64,000 nucleotides of DNA from Thermodesulfobacteriota bacterium (GTDB taxonomy: Bacteria > Desulfobacterota > Desulfobacteria > Desulfobacterales > SURF-7), in contig JBMORA010000001.1 of the NCBI GenBank assembly GCA_049320885.1, positions 242,622 through 306,621 of the forward strand, written 5' to 3'. The notes under the pieces were generated by a model that was not told the DNA's origin, ran no database searches, and worked only from the letters and a program-made list of their open reading frames with translations. Of this stretch, positions 19,941 through 28,576 are shown piece by piece (positions within the stretch are counted from its first letter, which is position 1; each line of letters begins with the position of its first letter). The position numbers were made by a program, and so were the translations under genes.

Positions 19941-21407
19941 ATGATCCAACTCTCCGAACCCGAAAGAATACCGCCGAAGGAGTATCGGCAGCGAATCGAA
20001 AAACTGGCGGAGCAAATCTCCGATCCGGTAAAAAAACTGCGATTCATTCATCAGGCCCTTGCCGACTATTCGCTAAACGAATCCGTTGAAAGCGGGGGAA
20101 AACATCGACGGAAAACGGAAGCGGCAAAAGGCGGGGAGTCCCTGTTTCGCAAAAACGGCAACCACCGGCCGGAGGAAACCGGAGGCGCGGAATACCGGCT
20201 CCAGCCGCCCCTCGCCGGCAAATCCCGCCATTACTTGGTGTATCTGGTCTGCGGCATGGGGGTGATGCTCTTCGGATTTGCCTTTATCCTGTTCCTTTCG
20301 AACGGAAGCCGGTATGGAAACCTTTTCGGTAAAACCGCTGCAAAAACCGAAACCGATGTCTTTCATTATATCATCCCGACGGTGACGTCGGAATTGTCCC
20401 CGGCGCCGGTTTTTCCCAAAGCCTTGCCGGGAGAGGATGCGCAGAAGCCGCCGGCATTCCCCGAATACCTGGACACCCTGATCTGGATGATCGAAAAGAC
20501 AGCCGAAAGCGAGTATTACAGCAACCGGTTGCGGATCCACACCGGCCAAACCGTCGACAACACCCCCCGGCGCTACCGCCGGATTCCGATCCAGGCCGCT
20601 TCCAGCCCGAATGACTGGCCGGCCACCGGCAACGTGGCCGGCATTCTGTTCCATGCCGCGGAAAGCGACATCTATGAGTTCAAGCCGGAAATGACGCAAT
20701 CCATCAAGGAATACAGCCGTCTGCTGGCCCGGTATCTCCGGAAAAAAAAAGCCTATCACTATTTTATCGACCGGTTCGGCGAGGTCTACCGCTTGGTCCG
20801 CGAGGATCATGCCGCCTATCACGCGGGAAATTCGATCTGGGCCGATTCGGAAAACATTTACCTGGATTTAAACAATGCCTTCATCGGGATCTGTTTCGAA
20901 GGCAAGGATTTCGAGCACAACCCCAAGGGAAAGTCGAAAACCGGCGGGAACGGCGACTCGACTCACATCGTTGCCATGGCGCAATCCTCCATCAATGAGG
21001 CCCAGTTGCGGTCGGGAAAGGAGCTGACCGACTGGTTGCGGGTGAAATACCGCATTTCGCAGAAAAACTGCGTGCCCCACGCCCTGGCATCGGTGAACCC
21101 ATACGATCTGCTGATCGGACATCATCTGGACTTGTCATATGAGTTCCCGTTTGATATGTTTGGGTTGAGCAACAAATATGAAGAACCGATTCCTGCCATT
21201 ACCGAATTCGGGTTTTCCTGTAACAACTATTTTGTCCAGGTCATGAAGGGGAGGCTCTGGCCCGGCATTATCCGTTCCGAGGAAACCCTTCGGCAGCGCG
21301 CCGATGAAACAAAAATACCGCTCAAGGAATATCGAAAACTCCTGAACAACCGGTTCGCCGGATTGTTCAAATGGCAAAAACAGATCAAACAATCCGAAGG
21401 GTCCTGA
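19941..21407 (+). CDS. Membrane-anchored N-acetylmuramoyl-L-alanine amidase (Amidase_2/PGRP-like)
   Basis: One TM helix; ILFHAAES, YHYFIDRFGEVYRLV, AYHAGNSIW, NNAFIGICFEG, EAQLRS and VPHA. Confidence 0.82.
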   Translation: MIQLSEPERIPPKEYRQRIEKLAEQISDPVKKLRFIHQALADYSLNESVESGGKHRRKTEAAKGGESLFRKNGNHRPEETGGAEYRLQPPLAGKSRHYLVYLVCGMGVMLFGFAFILFLSNGSRYGNLFGKTAAKTETDVFHYIIPTVTSELSPAPVFPKALPGEDAQKPPAFPEYLDTLIWMIEKTAESEYYSNRLRIHTGQTVDNTPRRYRRIPIQAASSPNDWPATGNVAGILFHAAESDIYEFKPEMTQSIKEYSRLLARYLRKKKAYHYFIDRFGEVYRLVREDHAAYHAGNSIWADSENIYLDLNNAFIGICFEGKDFEHNPKGKSKTGGNGDSTHIVAMAQSSINEAQLRSGKELTDWLRVKYRISQKNCVPHALASVNPYDLLIGHHLDLSYEFPFDMFGLSNKYEEPIPAITEFGFSCNNYFVQVMKGRLWPGIIRSEETLRQRADETKIPLKEYRKLLNNRFAGLFKWQKQIKQSEGS

Positions 21408-21498
21408 AACCGATCGGGCAGGACGCCGTCACCGTCTCCCTGAACCGGAGATTCCGCCACGCCTGACCGAATCGAGAAAAAAATGGAGCCATACGTGC

Positions 21499-22452
21499 AT
21501 GAAGACGCTCAAAAGGAATTGCCCGCATTGCCAGAGTGAAAAAACCGCCCCCATCCCCCAAACATCCGTCGCCAGACTCATCGGTTACTTGGTACCCCGC
21601 CGACCCTATTTATGCCTGGATTGCCGGAAGCGTTTCAACCAGTATGAAAATCCGCTGAAAACCGTATCCGCCAAAATCATGGCCGGCGCCGCAGCCGTTC
21701 TGCTCCTGTTGATCCTTTTCCTTGTGATGCGGCCCCAAACCCCGCAACCGCAGCCGGAAGAACAGGCCCCCTCCATGAGAATCCCCGCCAAGCAGGCGGA
21801 ACCGGAAGCCATGCAAATCCCCAAAATGCCGTTGGAGGAAAAGGGTGCGCCCTTGCCTTCCGGAGAAACGGCCGAGGCCTTGCCGAACCCGAATCAGCCG
21901 GAAGCGGTTCCCGTTCCAACGGCAGATCAGCCGCTGCCCGCCGAAACCGCCCCCCCGGCAAAGGCCCCGGCATTGGAACAGCAGCAGCCGGTCGCCCCAA
22001 CGGCGGAAACACCCGTGAAACAACTGCCGGAGGGACCCCGGCCGATTCCGGCCGCGGTGACTCCCGGAACGGAGTCCACACCCGGTGACAGAAGGGAACG
22101 CGTGACGGCTTCCCCCCATGCGAACCAGCCAAGAACCCTGAAACGCATTTCCGTCCAAAATACCGATAACGGTCCGACCATCCATATCCAGGCGGACGGT
22201 CCCATCGATGCCCATCAATCCTTCTTGCTCCCCGACCCGCATAGACTGGTCATCGACCTTGCGGGGAAATGGGAAAAACCCGGATTTTACGCCATGGCGG
22301 TGGAACACGATCTCATCCGGTCGGTCCGGGTATGGAAACATGATAAAAAGCTGCGGATCGTCTGCGATCTGCAATCCGGCCTGGGGCGGGAACCGGTTTT
22401 TAAAACAGCTTCCGACGGCTTGGTCGCCGAGTTGGGCGCAACGCCCCCCTGA
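21499..22452 (+). CDS. Zn-ribbon + TM + Pro-rich linker + AMIN domain protein
   Basis: CPHC...CLDC, hydrophobic helix, P/A/E-rich spacer, then FLLPDPHRLVIDL...IRSVRVWKH..KLRIVCDL. Confidence 0.8.
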   Translation: MKTLKRNCPHCQSEKTAPIPQTSVARLIGYLVPRRPYLCLDCRKRFNQYENPLKTVSAKIMAGAAAVLLLLILFLVMRPQTPQPQPEEQAPSMRIPAKQAEPEAMQIPKMPLEEKGAPLPSGETAEALPNPNQPEAVPVPTADQPLPAETAPPAKAPALEQQQPVAPTAETPVKQLPEGPRPIPAAVTPGTESTPGDRRERVTASPHANQPRTLKRISVQNTDNGPTIHIQADGPIDAHQSFLLPDPHRLVIDLAGKWEKPGFYAMAVEHDLIRSVRVWKHDKKLRIVCDLQSGLGREPVFKTASDGLVAELGATPP

Positions 22453-22482
22453 CGTTATCGAAAACGGAAAGGAAACGGATGG

Positions 22483-23577
22483 ATGGTCGAACGAACCGAC
22501 GAAATGGCACCGCGCTTGCCGAAGGTCACCACAAAGTTGAAAATGCCCGGCATGCTCCTGAAGTTACCAGGCGCCGTCAAACTGGCCATCGCCGCGCTGG
22601 TGGTGCTGATGATCGCCTTTAATGCCCTGTTCACCTATGTGCAGCCCAATGAATTCGGCATCAAGGTCGTGCGCATCGGTATCAACCGGGGAGTCCAGAA
22701 GGAAATTTACACGGCCGGTCTGCACTGGGTCATCCCCGGTTTTCAGCAGATCTTCCGCCTGCCGCGGGACATTCAGGTTTTGGAGCTGACAGCGTCGCCG
22801 AAGACCGCTGCCCTGCCGGCCCGGAAGGATCGGGTCGCCCATATTCAGACATCGGACGGTTTTTATGTGGATGTGGATGTTTCCATCCTGTACCGGATCA
22901 ATGACCCCTTTCTCGTGTTCACCAAAATCGGCCCCGGCAGCCTGTATGAGGATAACGGGATTCTGCCGAAGGCGGAGCCCGCTCTCAAGGAAACCTTGGG
23001 CAAATTGACCACCGAAGATTTTTACAACAGCCCCTTGCGGGTGAAGAAGGCACGGGAAGCGCGGGAACTGCTGAATGCGGAACTGAATCCGAAAGGCATC
23101 CAGGTTGAGCAGGTGCTGGTGCGCTATTTCGTTTACAGCCCCGAAATCCAGAAAAACATCGAGGAGAAAAAGCTGAAGGATCAGCTGGTGTTTACGAACC
23201 AGGCCGCGGCCCGGGCCGCCAAGGAAGAGGCGGAATTGAAAAAAGTCATCCAGGAGGGTCTCGTGATGGTGGATGTGGAGCTCGAACAGGGCCGGGCCTA
23301 TGTCACCCGCAAGGAAGCGGAAAAAGATCTGTATGTGCGGACCAAAAAAGCCGAAGCCGACCTGCTGGTGAAACTGGCGGATGCGGAAAAAGTCCGTTTG
23401 AAAAACGATGCCATGAAAGGCGTCGGTTCCGAACGGATGGTGGGCTTAAAAATGGCGGAAGTGTACAAAGGGCTGGATCTCATCGTTCTGCCCAGCGACG
23501 GCAGCGGCGGCGTCAATCCCCTTGATTTGAACAATGCCTTGAACCTATTTGATGTCCGCAAGGGAGATACGCCATGA
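22483..23577 (+). CDS. SPFH/band 7 domain membrane protein
   Basis: N-terminal TM, YVQPNEFG, GLHWVIPG, QTSDGFYVDVDVSILYRI and A/E-rich coiled coil. Confidence 0.85.
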   Translation: MVERTDEMAPRLPKVTTKLKMPGMLLKLPGAVKLAIAALVVLMIAFNALFTYVQPNEFGIKVVRIGINRGVQKEIYTAGLHWVIPGFQQIFRLPRDIQVLELTASPKTAALPARKDRVAHIQTSDGFYVDVDVSILYRINDPFLVFTKIGPGSLYEDNGILPKAEPALKETLGKLTTEDFYNSPLRVKKAREARELLNAELNPKGIQVEQVLVRYFVYSPEIQKNIEEKKLKDQLVFTNQAAARAAKEEAELKKVIQEGLVMVDVELEQGRAYVTRKEAEKDLYVRTKKAEADLLVKLADAEKVRLKNDAMKGVGSERMVGLKMAEVYKGLDLIVLPSDGSGGVNPLDLNNALNLFDVRKGDTP

Positions 23578-24641
23578 AACGCTTCCTGTTCCTTGCCTTC
23601 CCGCTGATCTGCTGTCTCTGCCTGCCGGCTTGCCTGCTGTACAGCACCGGCGAAAACGAAGTGGGCGTACGTACCCGGAAACTGGCCATCTGGGGACCGC
23701 CGGGGGTCGAGGAGCAGGTTTATGCCCCGGGCTCCACCCATGTGTTTCTGCCCTTCATCAATGACTGGCACACCTTCGACACCAAACTGCAGAATCTTGA
23801 AATGGTCTATGAACCGTCACGCGGAGAGCGCCGGACCCATGATGATCTGCTGTTCAAGAGCATCGACGGCAACGATATCGGACTGGACGTCATCATCGCC
23901 TACCGCATCGACGCCGCACAAGCACCTTACATCCTGCAGCATGTGGCCGTCGACAACCACACCCTGCGGGAAAAGATCGTCCGCACCATCGCGCGCAGCA
24001 AACCCCGCGATATCTTCGGCGAGTTGACCACCGAAGAATTTTACGTGGCGGAAAAACGGGAACTGCAGGCCCAGAAAGCCAAGGAAGTGCTCCAGGAGAT
24101 GCTCGGCCCGATGGGGATCATCGTCGAAAAAGTGCTCACCAAGGATTACCGGTTCAATCGCGAATACCAGAAGGCCATCGAGGACAAAAAAGTCGCCGAT
24201 CAGCAGGTGCAGAAAAACAAATCCGCCCGGCATGCGGCCCTGGAGGAATACAAGCGCAAACTGGAGGAAGCCAAGGGCGAGGTGAACAAGATGATCGCCG
24301 ACGCGGACGGCGCCTATCGCAGAGCCAAAATCGAGGCCGATGTATACTACGAGCGGCAGCAGATGATGGCGGAGGCCATCAAGGCGGAAGGAATCGCCGA
24401 AGCCAAAGGCATCCAGGAGATGAACAACGCCCTGGCCGGTTCGGGTGGCGAAGCGCTCGTCAAACTGCGCATCGCCGAGGCCCTTCAGGACAAGAAAATC
24501 ATGCTGCTGCCGGTATCCACCGGGGGGATGAACCTGAAAACAACGGATATCAACCGGCTGATTGAAACCATGGGAATCCGCGCCATGGCCGGAAACGATT
24601 ACAAGCAACGCAGTGTCGAAAAAGCAACCGATACAAGATAA
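23574..24641 (+). CDS. SPFH/band 7 domain membrane protein
   Basis: ENEVGV, PGSTHVFLPF, KSIDGNDIGLDVIIAYRID and YQKAIEDKKVA coiled coil; ATGA overlap with the upstream paralog. Confidence 0.85.
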   Translation: MKRFLFLAFPLICCLCLPACLLYSTGENEVGVRTRKLAIWGPPGVEEQVYAPGSTHVFLPFINDWHTFDTKLQNLEMVYEPSRGERRTHDDLLFKSIDGNDIGLDVIIAYRIDAAQAPYILQHVAVDNHTLREKIVRTIARSKPRDIFGELTTEEFYVAEKRELQAQKAKEVLQEMLGPMGIIVEKVLTKDYRFNREYQKAIEDKKVADQQVQKNKSARHAALEEYKRKLEEAKGEVNKMIADADGAYRRAKIEADVYYERQQMMAEAIKAEGIAEAKGIQEMNNALAGSGGEALVKLRIAEALQDKKIMLLPVSTGGMNLKTTDINRLIETMGIRAMAGNDYKQRSVEKATDTR

Positions 24642-24736
24642 CGGGTTGCGCCCTTGCCATCGAGGAGTCGGTCGCCCCATGGTGAAACCGCCCGCAGGAT
24701 GGGGCCAAACCCGCCGCTGGAAACGGGAGGCCGGCG

Positions 24737-26065
24737 ATGGCGCATGCAACGATATCCAACCCCTACCGCCGGCTGATCGCGCGGATCAACCGCTTTCCCC
24801 AGGGGGCGCCGCCGTCCCGTCTGCTCCATGCCATCCTGAAAATGCTCTATACGGAGCAGGAGGCCGGATACGTCTCCCTGCTGCCCCTCAAGCCCTTTGC
24901 CCTGGAAAAAGCCGCCCGGATATGGAAACTGCCGCTCCGGAAAACACGCCAGATTCTGGACGAACTGGCAAGCAAGGGATTGTTGCTGGATATCGAAATC
25001 CGGCAGCGCCCCCTGTATCTGGTGCCGCCGCCCATGGCCGGCTTTTTCGAGTTCTCCATGATGCGGGTGCGCCGGGATCTGGACCAGAAAAAACTGGCGG
25101 AACTGTTGTATCAGTATCTGAACGTGGAACAGGATTTCGTCCGGGAACTCTTCACGGCCGGGGAAACCCGTCTGGGACGGATCTTTGTCCACGAACCGGC
25201 CTTGCCGGAAGAAAAGCTGCTGGTCCTGGATTATGAAAGAGCCAGCCATATAATCCGGACCGCCGGCCATATCAGCGTCAGCCTCTGTTACTGCCGCCAC
25301 AAGATGCGGCATCTGCGCCGCGCCTGCGACAATCCCCTGGAAATCTGCATGACCTTCCATCAGGCCGGCGCCTATCTGATCCGCCGGGGTATCGGCCGCC
25401 GGGTCGATGCCGCCGAAGGCTTGGATCTGCTCCAGGAAGCCCAAGGCCGCAACCTGGTCCAGTTCGGCGAAAATGTCCGCGAGCAGGTGAATTACATCTG
25501 CAACTGCTGCAGCTGCTGCTGCGAGGCCCTGCTGGCGGCCAAGCGCTTCAGCTTCGCCAGACCCGTGCAGACCTCCCCGTTTCTGCCCCGTTTGAATCCG
25601 GAAACCTGCATCGGTTGCGGGAAATGCACGGCGGCCTGCCCGGTGGAAGCCCTGAAAATGACCGCCGGAAATCCCGCCGCCCGGGAAAAACCGGCGCCAC
25701 GGCTGGACACGCAGCGCTGCCTGGGTTGCGGCATCTGCGTGCGCAACTGCCCGACCGGGGCAATGGTTCTGGAACGGCGGCGGGAACGCCTGTTGACGCC
25801 GCTGAACAGCGCCCATAACGTGATTTTAATGGCCATCGAACGCGGCAAATTGCAGCATTTCCTCTTCGACAACCGCATCCTGTGGCATCACCGCGCCATG
25901 GCCCTGGTCCTGGGCGTCATCCTCCGCCTCCCGCCAATCAAACAGGTGTTAGCCCTGCAACAGGTGAAATCACGGTATCTCGAATACCTGATCTCCAGAA
26001 CCTTTATGACGGAAAAAAACAATCGGGCACACCCTCCGCTTGACATCCCGGCCCACATTGACTAA
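24737..26065 (+). CDS. 4Fe-4S dicluster domain protein
   Basis: CYCRH, ICNCCSCCC and two CxxCxxCxxxCP motifs. Confidence 0.85.
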   Translation: MAHATISNPYRRLIARINRFPQGAPPSRLLHAILKMLYTEQEAGYVSLLPLKPFALEKAARIWKLPLRKTRQILDELASKGLLLDIEIRQRPLYLVPPPMAGFFEFSMMRVRRDLDQKKLAELLYQYLNVEQDFVRELFTAGETRLGRIFVHEPALPEEKLLVLDYERASHIIRTAGHISVSLCYCRHKMRHLRRACDNPLEICMTFHQAGAYLIRRGIGRRVDAAEGLDLLQEAQGRNLVQFGENVREQVNYICNCCSCCCEALLAAKRFSFARPVQTSPFLPRLNPETCIGCGKCTAACPVEALKMTAGNPAAREKPAPRLDTQRCLGCGICVRNCPTGAMVLERRRERLLTPLNSAHNVILMAIERGKLQHFLFDNRILWHHRAMALVLGVILRLPPIKQVLALQQVKSRYLEYLISRTFMTEKNNRAHPPLDIPAHID

Positions 26066-26132
26066 AAGATCCCGAAATTGTCCGCTGGACAACCATATCG
26101 ACAACAATTGTATAAACAAAGGAGCGTATTCC

Positions 26133-26456
26133 ATGGGAGATTTTCTCATCAACGTGTTTCTGGACGACAAAAAAATGCAGGTGATCGAAGGCGCCGGTCT
26201 CGCCGGCCAGGTGACGGATGTGGCCGGGAAGAAAGCGATTCAAGTCAAAGTCGCGGAAAAGGAACAGAAAAAGCTGGCCAAGGGGTTCCCGGATCTGGAA
26301 ATCGGCGCCGACAATTCTTATGTCCTGCCCGCGGAAGCCGAAACCAAGCTGCTGGACATCATCGGGCAGATGAAGACCCTGGATGTCATGAAAGTGGCCA
26401 TCATGAAGCTGTACAACCCGCTGGCCGGCAAGGCTCCCCGCTCGGCCCAGCGGTAA
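26133..26456 (+). CDS. Hypothetical protein (107 aa)
   Basis: AAGGAG RBS, typical codon usage, no recognised motif. Confidence 0.7.
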   Translation: MGDFLINVFLDDKKMQVIEGAGLAGQVTDVAGKKAIQVKVAEKEQKKLAKGFPDLEIGADNSYVLPAEAETKLLDIIGQMKTLDVMKVAIMKLYNPLAGKAPRSAQR

Positions 26457-26533
26457 AGACCGACGATTCATTCCGACCGGTTCCACTTCAAGATCGACCG
26501 CCCGTATTTCCAAGGGGGCTGCAGCGCCTGGGC

Positions 26534-28195
26534 TTATTTCACGAGATACCGCTTTGCCGTGCTGTAGGTGCTGTACCCCCCGCTCACGATCCGCGCCGTG
26601 AAACCGTTCTGGGTGAGAATCCGGTACGCCACATAGGCCCGCATTCCCACGGCGCAGAAAAGGATGTACCGCTTGGTTTTGTCCAGGCGGTCCAGCCGGG
26701 ACCGCAACCGGTCCACGGGGATCCGGACGGCGCCCTCGACGGCTCCCTTTTCCTCGATCTCCGACGGATACCGCAGGTCCATGAGCACCTCGGTGCGGGG
26801 GTCGTATTCCCCCAGTTCCCGCCAGTCGATTTTTTCCAGGTCGCCCTTCAGGATATTGGCCGCCACGAAACCGGCGATGTTGACCGGATCCTTGGCGGAT
26901 GAATACGGTGGAGCATAGGCCAGCTCGAGTTCCTCCAGGTCGTACACCGTCATGTTGCCCCGGATGGCGGTGGCCAGCACATCGATGCGCTTGTCCACGC
27001 CGGAGAAGCCGACGATCTGGGCGCCGAATAGCCTGCCGGTGCCCGGAGCGAACAGCAGTTTGACCGCCATGGGAGTTGATCCCGGGTAATACGAAGCATT
27101 GGAGCCGGAATGGGTATAACTGGCGACGAACGGAATCCCTTCGGCCGTCAGGGTTTTTTCATTGACGCCGGCAACGGCCGCCGTGAGTTCGAACACTTTG
27201 ACGATGGCCGTTCCCAGCGTGCCCCGATAAACCGCTCTGCGTCCCATGGCGTTGTCCGCGGCGATGCGTCCCTGTTTGTTGGCAGGTCCGGCCAGGGGTG
27301 CGAGGGACGGCCGCCCGGTGACCAGATGGGGGACTTCCACCGCGTCGCCGACGGCGTAAATGTGAGGATCGCTGGTCTGCATGGCGTCGTTCACCCGGAT
27401 GCCGCCGCTGGCACCGATGGCCAACCCCGCCTGACGGGCCAGTTCCGTTTCCGGGCGCACGCCGATGGACAGAATGGCCAGATCACATTCGAATTCTCCC
27501 CCGGCGGTGGCCGCCACCAGCCGGTTGTTCCGGTGGGAGAAGGACCTGAGGCCATCCTTCAGGTGGCAGACCGCCCCCTTGGTCTGGAGGTGATCCTGAA
27601 CAACAGCGGCCATTTCCACATCAAGAGGCGGCATGACCTGGTCCGCCATTTCCACCACGGTGGTTCTAATCCCTCTGCTTATCAGGTTTTCCATCATTTC
27701 CAAGCCGATGAACCCGCCACCCACGACAACCGCCGATTGCGGTTTGCGTTCATCCACATAGGCCTTGATACGGTCCATGTCGGGAATATTCCGCAGATAA
27801 AAAATGCGCTCGCTGTCGATTCCCGGCAAGGACGGCCTGATGGGTTCGGCACCCGGGGACAGAATCAGCTTGTCATAGGTTTCGACGGTTAGCTTCCCGG
27901 TGGTCAGGTCCTTCACATGGATTCGTTTTTCTTCCGGCTCGATGCGCATGACCCGGGTATGGGTCCGGACGTCAATGTTGTAACGCGCCCGGAACGCTTC
28001 CGGAGTGGTGAGCAGCAGTTCGTCCCTCTCCTTGATGGTCTCGCCGATATAATACGGCAGACCGCAGTTGGCGAAGGAAATATATTCTCCGCGTTCAAAC
28101 AGGATGATGTGGGCGGATTCATTGATTCTGCGGGCCCTGGCCGCGGCGGTGGCACCGCCGGCGACACCGCCGACGATCAGAAGCCGGATACTCAT
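26534..28195 (-). CDS. CoA-disulfide reductase-rhodanese fusion (CoADR-RHD/Npsr type)
   Basis: GGVAGG, SFANCGLPY, GGGFIGLE, YAPPYS and C-terminal rhodanese FCAVGMR. Confidence 0.9.
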   Translation of the reverse strand: MSIRLLIVGGVAGGATAAARARRINESAHIILFERGEYISFANCGLPYYIGETIKERDELLLTTPEAFRARYNIDVRTHTRVMRIEPEEKRIHVKDLTTGKLTVETYDKLILSPGAEPIRPSLPGIDSERIFYLRNIPDMDRIKAYVDERKPQSAVVVGGGFIGLEMMENLISRGIRTTVVEMADQVMPPLDVEMAAVVQDHLQTKGAVCHLKDGLRSFSHRNNRLVAATAGGEFECDLAILSIGVRPETELARQAGLAIGASGGIRVNDAMQTSDPHIYAVGDAVEVPHLVTGRPSLAPLAGPANKQGRIAADNAMGRRAVYRGTLGTAIVKVFELTAAVAGVNEKTLTAEGIPFVASYTHSGSNASYYPGSTPMAVKLLFAPGTGRLFGAQIVGFSGVDKRIDVLATAIRGNMTVYDLEELELAYAPPYSSAKDPVNIAGFVAANILKGDLEKIDWRELGEYDPRTEVLMDLRYPSEIEEKGAVEGAVRIPVDRLRSRLDRLDKTKRYILFCAVGMRAYVAYRILTQNGFTARIVSGGYSTYSTAKRYLVK

Positions 28196-28221
28196 GCAAA
28201 TCTCCTTTTGATTGTTCCCAT

Positions 28222-28338
28222 CTACATGGGCAGCAGTTCGTCCCCGATCAGTTTCCACAGGGACATCCGTTCCAGAACCGCCTGCAACTCGTCCCGTATT
28301 TCTTCAAACTCGCGTATGATCTGACAATATTCTTTCAT
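28222..28338 (-). CDS. Small 38-aa protein
   Basis: AGGAGG RBS, MKEYCQIIREFEEIRDELQAVLERMSLWKLIGDELLPM, ending 26 nt before the CoADR start. Confidence 0.5.
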   Translation of the reverse strand: MKEYCQIIREFEEIRDELQAVLERMSLWKLIGDELLPM

Positions 28339-28576
28339 GGCATACCTCCTTGCCCGACCCGTTCGCAAGGCATCCCGAAAATTTCCCCGGCTGCCGCACG
28401 CATCGACGGGTTTGGCTGTTGGTGCTCGTTTTTTTTCAGCACGATCGAAACATAATGCCGGCAATCCGGAAATCAAGCTGCAAATTGACTTTGAAGTCCG
28501 AACAGGATACAAATGCGGATATCCGCGGTACGGGATGGCCGAATCACAAAACCGGAAAATATATAGGAAAATCAGG

